Part shown: one piece after another, positions 20,427 to 31,030 of the stretch
Layout of the letters: every line of letters begins with the position of its first letter
How positions within the stretch are numbered: position 1 is the stretch's first letter
From: a virus
Taxonomy: Duplodnaviria > Caudoviricetes
Virus record (IMG/VR): IMGVR_UViG_3300032246_001883
Coordinates: 1 to 55,595 of that record
Strand: one strand, 5' to 3'
DNA: 55,595 nt
Position numbers and translations under genes: made by a program
Notes under the pieces: generated by a model
What the model saw: only the letters and a program-made list of their open reading frames with translations
Databases searched by the model: none
What the model was told of the DNA's origin: nothing

Positions 20427-22340
20427 TTAGTTTCCAACTCTGATTAATCCCCAATTCAAAACAATTGCATCAGAGTGTGATGAACCGCCGCCTGAATCAG
20501 AATTATATACAGAAATATTAAAACTACCAACAGCAACTCCACCAACACAAACTTGATATGGATTTGGTGTTGTTACTCCGTTTTGTATTGCAACAAAAGG
20601 TATATCATTAACGTGTTTAACATAACTGTTATTGACTGTGAAAGTTACATATCCTTGACCAGCCAATGCAGCGTTGTGCATTGTAATCTGACCAGAGATA
20701 CCGTTTGCTGTAACTGCCGTAGATTTACTAGTCAACTGAGTAACCATTGCATTGGCAGTAGCAGAACCATATACAAACGTGTTAGCAATAATAGTATTTG
20801 CATTTACAGTACCAGTTGCATCATTAATACTCAATGTATTACTTGCAACAATATTATTTGCAAATGCATACAATACAGAACCGTTTGTTCTACCATATGC
20901 TTGACGAAATTGGTTTTGAACAAACAATTTACCTTGTGATGCATCGCTGTTGATAACTCTACCTAATTGCACAACAGTATTTGAATTGCTAGATAGTGGT
21001 GCCACATTAGAAGAAAGACCAGGTGTTGTTGACAAGAAAAGAATATCACCTGTTACACCAAGGCCTGTAGTATTCAAATCTTCAACAATACCCTGTGAGT
21101 ATGCAAAACCATATGCACCATTTGTGATTGCATTCTTAACAAATCCAGCAACTGTAGCATTAGCTGCCGATGTTGCATCTGCCAATGCAATATAAGGAAT
21201 TTGATTAGCTGTAACACCTGGAATCAAACGAACAAATGAATTGGCAGGAATCGTTGCACCAGTATTATTATAACCACGGAAGAAAAGAACTTTAGAGATA
21301 GACAGTCTATCGCCAGCAATATCTGTATCCAATATTAATGACTGTGTATTGGAATAATACCATAGTTGTGCAGTCTGTTGTGTTACTGCACCTGATTGTG
21401 GGAACCAAAGAATAGAATTTGACTGTGTAGTAGTTGTGGTTACATTAGAAAAGAATATATTTCCTAGTAATGTGTTTGCAGTAAGGCTACCCAAAACAAT
21501 TAAATTTTTACTAAATGTTGCACTGTTTGATGTGAATGTATCAACAGAAATACCTTGACCTACTGAGTTAGCAATTAAATTACCAGTTAATGTTAATGTT
21601 TGTAACTGTATGCTAGCTGTATTTTGTACTGCAGTATTTACTTTGTTATAAGCTGATTGAGCTAATGTATTTGCTGTATTTGCTTGGTTATATGCGGAGT
21701 TACTAAATGCAAAAGGTGCTGCTGCTGTATTTTGTGTTGTACCATCTGTAAAAAATATTGGATGGCCGTTAACCATTTTGAAACCATCAGCAGTAATTAC
21801 AGAAACAACATTACCAAAATTGTATCCACCAGCAATAAGTTTAATTTGAGTATTTGTTGTTGTTGTACCAAGAATTAAATTTCCGCCAGGAGCAGTTGAT
21901 GGAACACCAACAGATGCACCTTGTACATATAGATAACCATCCAATGGACTTAGTGCGCTGCCTAAGTTATTAAATTCAAGACCTGGTTGAACATTTTTAT
22001 TTGCAAATCCTAAATCTGTAAAATAAGCCGCATCTGTACCACCAGAACCAGTGTTTGCAGTTACAACAATATCAGCAGTGCCACCATCATCTGTGTTGAC
22101 CAAATTTGTTTGTATATAAGATGCTCCACTCAAAGAAAATTGAGCAATAGTGTTTGGTAAATTTTGCTGATTTGTTCCTACATTTAATATTTCATTTGAA
22201 TAAAGACCTTGAGCTAATGTTTTTCCTGTAAATTTACCTGTTATGCCAGAAGGTATATCAACAGCAAGAAACAAGGTGTTACTTGTATTTGCGTTTAATT
22301 TAGTTATTGTAGATAATTGTGAAATTTTTGCGGTTGTCAT
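20427..22340 (-). CDS. Baseplate-associated fibre/structural protein
   Basis: 637 aa. KISQL N-terminus, DGTTQ.TAA and ANTANTLAQ modules shared with the 3262-6039 fibre; sits between gp7 and gp8. Confidence 0.6.
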   Translation of the reverse strand: MTTAKISQLSTITKLNANTSNTLFLAVDIPSGITGKFTGKTLAQGLYSNEILNVGTNQQNLPNTIAQFSLSGASYIQTNLVNTDDGGTADIVVTANTGSGGTDAAYFTDLGFANKNVQPGLEFNNLGSALSPLDGYLYVQGASVGVPSTAPGGNLILGTTTTNTQIKLIAGGYNFGNVVSVITADGFKMVNGHPIFFTDGTTQNTAAAPFAFSNSAYNQANTANTLAQSAYNKVNTAVQNTASIQLQTLTLTGNLIANSVGQGISVDTFTSNSATFSKNLIVLGSLTANTLLGNIFFSNVTTTTTQSNSILWFPQSGAVTQQTAQLWYYSNTQSLILDTDIAGDRLSISKVLFFRGYNNTGATIPANSFVRLIPGVTANQIPYIALADATSAANATVAGFVKNAITNGAYGFAYSQGIVEDLNTTGLGVTGDILFLSTTPGLSSNVAPLSSNSNTVVQLGRVINSDASQGKLFVQNQFRQAYGRTNGSVLYAFANNIVASNTLSINDATGTVNANTIIANTFVYGSATANAMVTQLTSKSTAVTANGISGQITMHNAALAGQGYVTFTVNNSYVKHVNDIPFVAIQNGVTTPNPYQVCVGGVAVGSFNISVYNSDSGGGSSHSDAIVLNWGLIRVGN

Positions 22341-22344
22341 TTAG

Positions 22345-25284
22345 TTACCCCAGTATTATTATTGCACCGTCTTCGGTTGTTATTATTGTACCATCTTCAG
22401 CAGTTAATTGTGGTATATACTCTCTGCCAATTTCTCCGTATATTTTTACGCTTGTTGAATTAAAATCTCTATTTACCGACAATAAAGTATTCGCCGTTGT
22501 TATATTTGCATTAGAATTTAGATAAATTAATCCGTTAACATAATCAACAGAATTTATTAATTTGTTATTAGATACATTACTTTCAATGAGTATACTATCT
22601 CCAGCGTATACAATATCTTTTAAAGGATATGATGTATTACTGTAATTTTTGTTGTTAATATAATCGTATGAACCAGTCAATGATAGTATATTTATTACGT
22701 TTGAGTTTGCATTTGCTGAAACATAAGCTACATTTGCATATGTTAACCAAACATTATTTTTTAATGTAATTGTGCTCGATGTAACATTTGCAATTTCTGA
22801 TGTAATTGAGAATCCATTTTGGTTAACCATATTGATGGTACCACCAACAAAAGCAAAATTATTTACTTGAGCGCCAAGTAAATTATAAAAATTAATAATG
22901 TTATTACTTTTCTTTGTGAAATCAGTAGTTATACGAACATTTGATGCCGGATATCCAGTATAGGCCGCAAGTGTTTTGTATGTTAATAAAGCTTGTTGTG
23001 AATGTGTATTTACTACATTGTTATGTCTCAGTGCATAACGACCAATAACTTTCATTCCTGCTGGATGTAAAAGATTATATAAAACTTCCCTATATTTTTC
23101 TATTTCTTTTTCTACAGTAATTTGATATGTAAAATTATTGTATATGTCACTTTGTAAAACATCATAAGAACTTGCTTGTCCTTTTGTATTTAAATATTGA
23201 CCTTGACTAACCACCAAACCATTTAAGAATGTAGCCGTAGCTTTTGCGGTACCATCACCATATTCTATGGTACCTTTATCTCCATAGTTTCTATGGTATG
23301 TAACTGCTGGTGATGAAGCTGTAGCGGGTAAAGTATAAGTGATAATGTCTTGTGTATAAGCAGTTCCGGAATTAACTGGAATCATTCTTATATTGCCTGA
23401 ACTCTTATCGATATTTAATTTAATTGATGTGTTTACTTTATTTGTATAATCAAAAATTCTTAAATTATATTTATTTAAAAGTTCATTATTGTCTGTCGTT
23501 AAACTTGTAATTGAATCAACGGTAGCAAGAACTGATGCTGATTCTTTAGATGATCCTTGATAAACTAAATCTCCTTTTTGTGGCAAATTCATTAAATATA
23601 CATTTGATACTAAAATATCTTGTATTTTTAAAGAAACATTTGGTTTTGCAATATAATCTTCTCCAGCGTCTAAAACACTGATTGTGGTTATTGATCCTGT
23701 TCTGTCTAATGTCAAAGAAAATGATGCTGTTGTTCCTAATATAGAAGGAACATATAAAGAAGCATTTGAAGCTTGTGCATTTGCAGAATTTACAGATAAT
23801 GTTGGTAAAGAATCGTTTCTATAACCAGAACCACCCAAAGGACCTTCAGTTTTTGATCCAAAAACATATGATACACTTGTAATAGCACCAGTACTATTAA
23901 CACTTAAAACGTTTGCTCTTGCTCCTCTTCCTGAACCTCCAGAGAAAACAATTTGGTCATTTGCACGATATCCATTTCCGCCATTTATAATCAATATTGG
24001 ACCTAATATACCCAAATTTTCTAAAGGTGTTTTTACGTAATAATCTGTAGTATAAGTTGAATTTGCTGTAACTGTTGGTATTTTTGATATTCCACCGCCA
24101 CCATTATCTACATAAACTGAAGAAATTGGATAACCTGTGTAAGAAACAAAAGTAAATGCGTTTGCTAAAGTTGTATTAGAATTTGCAGTTCTATTTGATT
24201 CAAAAAAAGAAAATGTTGTGTTATTAATTCTAACATTTTTGGCTAAAAATATACTGTTTATTGGAACATTTGCAATATTTGATATTGGGCCGTTTGAATT
24301 AATAAAAGCAACATGAGCTGCAGCTTTTGAATTTTCTGAATCAGATATATTTACAAAAGATAATGGATCTCTAGCATTTGAACCAGTGTATACTGCCGGA
24401 TCTGGAAAACCATAACCACCATTAACAACTTTAATTGATGTTATAGCACCTTTCGTAATTGTTGATACTTCCGCCTTTGCACTGGCTGACGTATTAGAAC
24501 TTAATCCTCCATAAACAACAACTGGATCACCTGGTTGATATAATAACCCTCTTTTATCTGCGCTTGCATCTATATTTATTTGATTAATTTGACCAACAAT
24601 TTTTGCACGTAGAATACTTCCATTAATATAAACATCCTGATTTAGATTATTAACAATTCTTGCAAATTCACCTGATTGAAATAATCTTTCAATATTTGAT
24701 ATAAAAACTTCTATTTTATTTCCAGCCAATACCGAAGTTTCTATTGTTGCAATTGATTTTGTTGTTTCTCCAATAATTCTATAATTTGATATATTTAAAA
24801 ATCTTGAATCTGTTGTAGAAAGCTTTAAACTTTTTGCAATATACCATTCGCCAGCGGATGCTCTAAGAACCGCATCTCTAGTAAAAAATACATCAAAGTC
24901 TGAATTATATAATATTTTAAATAAAAATTTGTAAGAAGAAATTGTTCCTTTAGATTGATATAATTCTCTTGCAAACTTTATGGCTTTTTGTTTACTTATT
25001 AAAATGTCTTTAGGAAAATATTGTAAAAAATCATTTGTATAATAGTCAATAAAATCATCAATTGTTGAATCAATATCATTATAATTTAATAAATTTTTTG
25101 AAGCGTATGTAACACCTTGGTTGTTTGCAGCAGGACTTTTGTTGAATTTGTCCGTTATATTAATTGTTTCTAACCATTCATAATAAGCATTTAAAAACAA
25201 ATTAAAATTTTTGTACTCGTCACTATCCCGAACAAACTCAGGAAGTTGTGACGGTATTAATAATGATGTTTTATTGTCAATCAT
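22345..25284 (-). CDS. gp7: Baseplate wedge initiator gp7-like
   Basis: QLPEFV, FL.AYYEWLE, LYQSKGT..SYKFLF.ILY, LHPAGMK motifs; follows gp6. Confidence 0.8.
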   Translation of the reverse strand: MIDNKTSLLIPSQLPEFVRDSDEYKNFNLFLNAYYEWLETINITDKFNKSPAANNQGVTYASKNLLNYNDIDSTIDDFIDYYTNDFLQYFPKDILISKQKAIKFARELYQSKGTISSYKFLFKILYNSDFDVFFTRDAVLRASAGEWYIAKSLKLSTTDSRFLNISNYRIIGETTKSIATIETSVLAGNKIEVFISNIERLFQSGEFARIVNNLNQDVYINGSILRAKIVGQINQINIDASADKRGLLYQPGDPVVVYGGLSSNTSASAKAEVSTITKGAITSIKVVNGGYGFPDPAVYTGSNARDPLSFVNISDSENSKAAAHVAFINSNGPISNIANVPINSIFLAKNVRINNTTFSFFESNRTANSNTTLANAFTFVSYTGYPISSVYVDNGGGGISKIPTVTANSTYTTDYYVKTPLENLGILGPILIINGGNGYRANDQIVFSGGSGRGARANVLSVNSTGAITSVSYVFGSKTEGPLGGSGYRNDSLPTLSVNSANAQASNASLYVPSILGTTASFSLTLDRTGSITTISVLDAGEDYIAKPNVSLKIQDILVSNVYLMNLPQKGDLVYQGSSKESASVLATVDSITSLTTDNNELLNKYNLRIFDYTNKVNTSIKLNIDKSSGNIRMIPVNSGTAYTQDIITYTLPATASSPAVTYHRNYGDKGTIEYGDGTAKATATFLNGLVVSQGQYLNTKGQASSYDVLQSDIYNNFTYQITVEKEIEKYREVLYNLLHPAGMKVIGRYALRHNNVVNTHSQQALLTYKTLAAYTGYPASNVRITTDFTKKSNNIINFYNLLGAQVNNFAFVGGTINMVNQNGFSITSEIANVTSSTITLKNNVWLTYANVAYVSANANSNVINILSLTGSYDYINNKNYSNTSYPLKDIVYAGDSILIESNVSNNKLINSVDYVNGLIYLNSNANITTANTLLSVNRDFNSTSVKIYGEIGREYIPQLTAEDGTIITTEDGAIIILG

Positions 25285-27356
25285 GTTGTTTTAGCTATCA
25301 TATTTACAACAATTGAACTTGGATCATAAGGATCGATAGAAATAATTCTATTGTAACTTGATGAAATGATTGTTGAAGTGGGCTTACATGTTATAGTTAA
25401 TTGTCCTAAATCATTATCCACAGAAGTTGGCGAAAAATTAGTTAAAGATACAATACCATTTTGATAATCAATTGTACCAACATTTGAATTCAATATTTTT
25501 TTTCCGTTTTTATTATCATAGTAATAACTTCTTAATGTTCCGTAACGGCCTGACAAATTAACTATTGCAGATCCTAAATTTCCTGTTTTGTCTTCTGGCG
25601 CATTTGTAATTTTCGCCACAGCTGTTGAATAACCACTTCCTGGTGAATTTACAATAATATTTTTAATTGAATTGTCGGAATTTAAGATAGCATAAGCTGT
25701 TGCACCCGAACCGTCTCCAACGATTGTTACAGTAGGTACGTATTGGTAACCATAACCATGATTTAAAATAGAAATAGATTCAACATAATTTGTTTCTGAA
25801 GCAACTTCTTCTATATAAACACCAGATACAAGTAAGTCTGGATTAACTATATCACGTACTGTAAATTTTGGATAACTTGAAACACCACTTAAAAAACTAC
25901 TTTTTTCTAATACCGCTCCAAAATTTAAATTATATGTTGATGAAGAGGTTAAAAAAGGAAAAAATTTCTTTTGTAATGTAAGATCGATTTCGTTTGTTAG
26001 AATTGATTTATTTGTTGATGTTACAATATTTGTAAAATCGGTTATAGAAAAGGTAGAATTAAAAGTATTTAAAGCTTGTACAGCATAATTGGATAAATTT
26101 ATTTTAATTTGTTGAGATAATTGAGAAGAAGTTAAAGAAGTTTTATTTGGATCATAATAAACATTCACAGTAAGTTGAATGTAAGTATAATCAGGATCAA
26201 CAATTGAAGGTTCAACTGTCATTATAGAAATCGGCCTAATAACTTCTTTTAGTATTCTTTGTTTTTGTGTTGCTGTTAAAACATAAGAACCAGCAGGTTT
26301 TAAAGAAACAAATATTTGTCCATATACTGGAGGATTATTTTCTTGGCCACCCCAAACACTAACTGAATCAAATGCAAAACCTAATTTATTTTGTTGTATT
26401 GCTGTAATATAATCATTTTTTGTAACTGCTCTGTTTTGTGCAGCATATGATTTTGGTGCTTGAAATTTTATAGAATCAATTGTTTCTTTATCGCTTGCAT
26501 TACTTGCAACATAATTAAGTGTAACAAAAGCGTTAGAATAACCAGAAACTGGATCCATCAAAGTAAAGCTCGATGCACCGGTTGCGGTTGTTCCTTCTGT
26601 TGTTAAATACGAAACATTTACTATATTACCATCAGTCAATTGTTGTCCAAGTATTCCATCACCAAAATATATTTCATAATAGTCGTCTAATCCTTCTTGT
26701 AAAAAATATACAGTTGAATTTGAATCTAAATTTAAATAATCGGTAGAATTTTTAAATATTTGATAAGAACTATCATAACTTGAAACTACAACGGATACAG
26801 ATAGTGTTGTTGTATCAATTTTTTTACTTGGTAGTCTAAACAAATATTTTGGATTTTGTATAGAATCTACAACATAACTAAAACTTGTAGGAATTCCCTG
26901 TTTTATAGAAATATTGCTAAATGTAGCGATTCCATTAACAACATTTACTGTTGTTGAATCAGTAGTTACAAAAGTATAGCTAACACCATTTATTTTTTCA
27001 GATAAAAATCTTGTAAATTTTGGTAATGTTAATGAAGAATCGGTAACATTATTTATGGTTAGTGTAATTGTTGCTGTTGGCGCAATTGCAGATTTTGGTG
27101 TATAGTTAAGTAATTTTGCTTGTGAGATTACAGAATTTCTTTGTAATGCCGTATCTAAAAACATTTCATTTGCAACCATGTTTAGATAATAAGCATTGTA
27201 TTGTGTATTATAAGCTAAAATATCTAATAATGTAGATAACGCAGATCCTTCATAATTATAATCCTTCAAAACACTTTGTTGTTGTAGGTATTTTTTTAGA
27301 TTAGATTTTATATTATTAAAATCCAATTCTGTTAAATTAAGACTATTCGTAGCCAT
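25281..27356 (-). CDS. gp6: Baseplate wedge subunit gp6
   Basis: LDF..IK..L, DYNYEGS.LS.LLD.LAYNT.YNA, AQNRAVT..DY, WGGQEN.PPVYG motifs. Confidence 0.95.
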   Translation of the reverse strand: MATNSLNLTELDFNNIKSNLKKYLQQQSVLKDYNYEGSALSTLLDILAYNTQYNAYYLNMVANEMFLDTALQRNSVISQAKLLNYTPKSAIAPTATITLTINNVTDSSLTLPKFTRFLSEKINGVSYTFVTTDSTTVNVVNGIATFSNISIKQGIPTSFSYVVDSIQNPKYLFRLPSKKIDTTTLSVSVVVSSYDSSYQIFKNSTDYLNLDSNSTVYFLQEGLDDYYEIYFGDGILGQQLTDGNIVNVSYLTTEGTTATGASSFTLMDPVSGYSNAFVTLNYVASNASDKETIDSIKFQAPKSYAAQNRAVTKNDYITAIQQNKLGFAFDSVSVWGGQENNPPVYGQIFVSLKPAGSYVLTATQKQRILKEVIRPISIMTVEPSIVDPDYTYIQLTVNVYYDPNKTSLTSSQLSQQIKINLSNYAVQALNTFNSTFSITDFTNIVTSTNKSILTNEIDLTLQKKFFPFLTSSSTYNLNFGAVLEKSSFLSGVSSYPKFTVRDIVNPDLLVSGVYIEEVASETNYVESISILNHGYGYQYVPTVTIVGDGSGATAYAILNSDNSIKNIIVNSPGSGYSTAVAKITNAPEDKTGNLGSAIVNLSGRYGTLRSYYYDNKNGKKILNSNVGTIDYQNGIVSLTNFSPTSVDNDLGQLTITCKPTSTIISSSYNRIISIDPYDPSSIVVNMIAKTT

Positions 27357-27357
27357 T

Positions 27358-27750
27358 TTATCTATTTCTTTCCAATATAATAGTTATTGTACTAGGCATT
27401 GTTGCGTTACCAATATAAAAAACCAATGTTACACTATAAGAATTTTGATCTGGTTTTGGTGTTACCTTTATCTCACTTATACTAACTCTTGGTTCATAAT
27501 TATTAATAACATTTGTTATTTCTTTTTCTAAAATATTCGATGTAACGGGAGAAATATTTTCAAATAATAAAGAATCGATTCTTGATCCTAATTCTGGATT
27601 AAATGGTCTCTCGTACAATTTTGTTGATAAAAGATTACGAACAGAACGAATAACTGCTTTTTCATCGTAACTTAGAGCAACGTCAGCACCCACAGGTTTC
27701 TTTGTGAACGCAAAATCTATATCTGAATATAATTTGTTTAAGGTTGCCAT
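27358..27750 (-). CDS. gp25: Baseplate wedge subunit gp25
   Basis: YSDID..F, ERPFNP.LGS, NYEPRV motifs. Confidence 0.93.
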   Translation of the reverse strand: MATLNKLYSDIDFAFTKKPVGADVALSYDEKAVIRSVRNLLSTKLYERPFNPELGSRIDSLLFENISPVTSNILEKEITNVINNYEPRVSISEIKVTPKPDQNSYSVTLVFYIGNATMPSTITIILERNR

Positions 27751-27754
27751 TGTT

Positions 27755-27761
27755 TATTTAT
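27755..27761 (-). promoter_or_regulatory. Late promoter-like ATAAATA
   Basis: Immediately upstream of gp25, leaving almost no leader. Confidence 0.5.
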
Positions 27762-27843
27762 TACACTTAAAAGTAAAAGTCATGTTAGGAATCTTGGAAG
27801 TCGTCAAAAATATTTTGAGGCCGGAACGAAAAATTTCGAATTT

Positions 27844-29058
27844 TTAATCTCCAATGAATACTGTACCGGAACCAGTTTCGATAGTGTTTGTGCCGGCAGA
27901 GTTATTGTCAAGTTCACCGCCAGTGCCTGCATCACCAGTATCAGCAGTATCACCAATCCGTGCTGCACCTTTAGTTCCATGATTGATATTAACGGTTTTT
28001 CCATTAACGATAACATCTTTTTTTCCATTAATGATAACATCTTTACCTACATTTAGTATGTAATTTCCACCTACGTTCTCTGTCACATTTCCGTGTACTC
28101 TTATAATCATGTTTCCATATACATCTTCATCACCACGTACTGTTAAGTCAACATTTCCATATTCTACTATTTGTGTTACATGGCCATGAACCGTTTCGTT
28201 TACATCACCATCGATCTTTTGTGTTACGTTGCCATGAATTAATTCATCAACATTTCCATCAATTGTTTGATTTACATTGCCATGAATTGTTGATTTTACA
28301 TCACCATCAATTAATTCGGTCACGTTACCTTTGACATATAAATTTGTATCTCCATCAACAGTTATATTACAAACACCTTTAACGTGTATATTATGGTCAT
28401 CTAAGAAAATTTCATAATTTTTACCTGACACTTTGGTGACTTTTGTACCATCCGGTGATATCTCAAAGAATGTTCCAGCAGGATGACTGAGTTGTATTCT
28501 CTCAAAACCTTTAGTGTCATCTAATTCGAATACATGGCCACCTTCTGTTTCAGTCACTCTGTTGTATGGTATTTTTGCATTATATAATGATGGTGGTTCA
28601 TCCCATGTGTTTTCATCGGCTGTTTCAACTCCAATATCTAAATTTAAATTGTGTTTTCCAATAATAGTTTCATCTATTTTTTCATTTCTGTGAAGTCTAC
28701 TAGTAGTTGGTTCATCTTTTTTGTAAAAATCACCTTCTGAAAATCCTGTTGAATCATTTGGAGAATTACTTACTATTCCTGGAAATACACCAATTATAAC
28801 TGGTGCTTGTGCTGATAATCCGTCTGTAAAGAAACCAAAAACATAGTCACCTATAAGTGGTGTTCCGTCTGTCATTGAAGTATTTGGTGAATGGCATGCA
28901 TGCGCCCATGACAAATCGGCTGTTGGTATATCTTGCTTATTCTCTGTGTGGTGACCAAATATACGAACACGCACACGATTTAAGCCCAAAGGATCATCTC
29001 TGTCCTCTACTACACCAAGCCACCAAATAAATCCGTCTTTACCTATAAAATTTTGCAT
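27844..29058 (-). CDS. gp5: Baseplate central spike gp5 (OB-fold plus beta-helix, no lysozyme domain)
   Basis: GVVEDR.DP....RVRVR.FG.H, V.GFF.DG..AQ.P, YN.V.ETE.GH..E.DDT, V.GN 8-residue repeats. Confidence 0.93.
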   Translation of the reverse strand: MQNFIGKDGFIWWLGVVEDRDDPLGLNRVRVRIFGHHTENKQDIPTADLSWAHACHSPNTSMTDGTPLIGDYVFGFFTDGLSAQAPVIIGVFPGIVSNSPNDSTGFSEGDFYKKDEPTTSRLHRNEKIDETIIGKHNLNLDIGVETADENTWDEPPSLYNAKIPYNRVTETEGGHVFELDDTKGFERIQLSHPAGTFFEISPDGTKVTKVSGKNYEIFLDDHNIHVKGVCNITVDGDTNLYVKGNVTELIDGDVKSTIHGNVNQTIDGNVDELIHGNVTQKIDGDVNETVHGHVTQIVEYGNVDLTVRGDEDVYGNMIIRVHGNVTENVGGNYILNVGKDVIINGKKDVIVNGKTVNINHGTKGAARIGDTADTGDAGTGGELDNNSAGTNTIETGSGTVFIGD

Positions 29059-30422
29059 TATGATTGTACTGCCTCTGCGATATTTGGATCTGAATTATTA
29101 ACATCTTGATAAGACTTTGTTGTGCTTTCTTTTGCTATTTCAAGTACTGTTACATATCTATTCGATTGAATAATATGTCTTACCGCTGTCACAAGATATT
29201 TGCCGGAATAAAATTTATTCAATTCTTTCTTATTGTTTGATGGCTTTAATGACAACAGATTAAAATTTATTGTTCTTCCTGCTGTTATTCCTGGATCACC
29301 AGGTATAGATAATTTTGCAACTGTATAACTTGCCAAAGATAATGCAGCAGTTCTTTGTGGCAAATAAGTTTCAATGTCAATGTCTTTTGCAAAACCGTCT
29401 TGTTTTTCACTTATATAAGCATTGTTTATTTGACCTTTATTTGATGTTGCTACCTTTAAAACACCTTCATATTCTTGATTTTGATAATTTCCCAATCTGT
29501 TTTTTAATATATTTGTTGGTTCACCTGGATTTAATTTTTCTAAGGCGGTTTGTTTATAATCAAATGTAGTTGTATAATAAGACCTAGTCAAAGGATCAAT
29601 ACTTATTAGTTTGTTTGCCAGAGTACCAGAGTTTACTTCATGTAATGAATCGTATGTTTTAACAAATTCATAATCTAATATTTGTATAAATTTTTCTTGA
29701 TTATTCTGAATATCTTTGCTAATGTTTTTTGCTTCATACTTGTAAGTCGCATACACATCATCTTTATATAGGGATTGTAAAGACCTGAAATTAAAACCAT
29801 CTTTTGTTTCAAAAAACAACATATCTGCTGTAGTGTTGTTTTCTACCGACTTGGCGTAAGTTGAGACCCAGCTAATTGCTTCCAATGGTTTCATTTTTGG
29901 TATAACAAAGTCATACATTCCGTCAGTTTCTTGAATATTTAAAGATGATGTTATCTTTAATTTATTTGTAAGCACATCGTAAACAATATCTGAAATTTTT
30001 GCACCAATATAAGATTTACTTATTTTAGTTTGTTCGGAAAGCATCATTTCTTCTGAACAAAAATATAATGTATATCCTTCGGCATTTTGATTACCAGTAG
30101 GTTTTCTATTTCCCAATTTGTATACTCTAAAAATTTTTGTGATATCATTTGGAGCATCTTTAACTTTAGAAAAGCTTAATTCCAAAAATTCGTTACCTGT
30201 TAATTGCAATAATTCAATAAAACTCTGAGCATCTAATATTGAAACATATCCTGATGAAACAAATGAATAAATGTCTTCATGATATGAAAATTCAATTAAT
30301 AAATTTTTTAATTCTATCGTACTGCCATTACTTAACACAAGGTTTATTTTTTGTAAATAATAATCCTGTGGAAAAAAGTTACCAGGAGAATCTGAAGGAG
30401 ATGATTGATATTGTTCGTCCAT
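29058..30422 (-). CDS. Baseplate hub protein (gp27-like)
   Basis: YHEDIYS, L.GNE, LFFET..GFNFRSL, IPGD, SGKYLVTAVRH motifs; between gp53 and gp5. Confidence 0.75.
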   Translation of the reverse strand: MDEQYQSSPSDSPGNFFPQDYYLQKINLVLSNGSTIELKNLLIEFSYHEDIYSFVSSGYVSILDAQSFIELLQLTGNEFLELSFSKVKDAPNDITKIFRVYKLGNRKPTGNQNAEGYTLYFCSEEMMLSEQTKISKSYIGAKISDIVYDVLTNKLKITSSLNIQETDGMYDFVIPKMKPLEAISWVSTYAKSVENNTTADMLFFETKDGFNFRSLQSLYKDDVYATYKYEAKNISKDIQNNQEKFIQILDYEFVKTYDSLHEVNSGTLANKLISIDPLTRSYYTTTFDYKQTALEKLNPGEPTNILKNRLGNYQNQEYEGVLKVATSNKGQINNAYISEKQDGFAKDIDIETYLPQRTAALSLASYTVAKLSIPGDPGITAGRTINFNLLSLKPSNNKKELNKFYSGKYLVTAVRHIIQSNRYVTVLEIAKESTTKSYQDVNNSDPNIAEAVQS

Positions 30423-30424
30423 AA

Positions 30425-31030
30425 TTATTTAAGTAAATTCTTCATTTCATTTTCAAGTTGTTCAACATAAATGGCATTTAAAAGTTTAATGCTTCTTTTT
30501 GATTCATTTAATCTCATTTCATAATCATAATAAGAAACAGCATTTAATTGTGTTGTAATTGATGTTGTATCACCGTTTTGTAAATTATAAGAAGTTGTTT
30601 TTCCTGATTCATTATACAAAAAATTATATTCATCAAAACTAATTTCAATTGTTTGTGATTCAGGTAAAAGTGTTTCTGAATTTGTTTGTGTCAATACTTT
30701 CTCATAATGATGAACTGTTGCGGTTGTGTTATAATTATATTTTTTAGCCAAATAATTATTAAAGACGGATTGTGACATTGGCCAATCCCATTGTGGATCT
30801 AAAAGCTGATTTGAAAACATGACAATCCAATAACGATAAATGTCGTTATAATATTTGTAAGCAATAATTTCTGGAGTGTCACCTTCTTGTATGTCATATT
30901 GGTAATATGCCATAGGATTATTTAAAACACTTGGTATTATATTAACTCTTGTTAAGAGGTTTTTGTATGTGATTGTTCTACCATTTTTATCGGTATAATA
31001 AATCCTAGGTAAAGCTTTGAAATATTGCAT
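30425..31030 (-). CDS. gp53: Baseplate wedge protein gp53
   Basis: YF...P, Y.I.EGDTPE.IA.KYY....YWIV, WP, YDYE...NE.KR.I motifs. Confidence 0.9.
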   Translation of the reverse strand: MQYFKALPRIYYTDKNGRTITYKNLLTRVNIIPSVLNNPMAYYQYDIQEGDTPEIIAYKYYNDIYRYWIVMFSNQLLDPQWDWPMSQSVFNNYLAKKYNYNTTATVHHYEKVLTQTNSETLLPESQTIEISFDEYNFLYNESGKTTSYNLQNGDTTSITTQLNAVSYYDYEMRLNESKRSIKLLNAIYVEQLENEMKNLLK

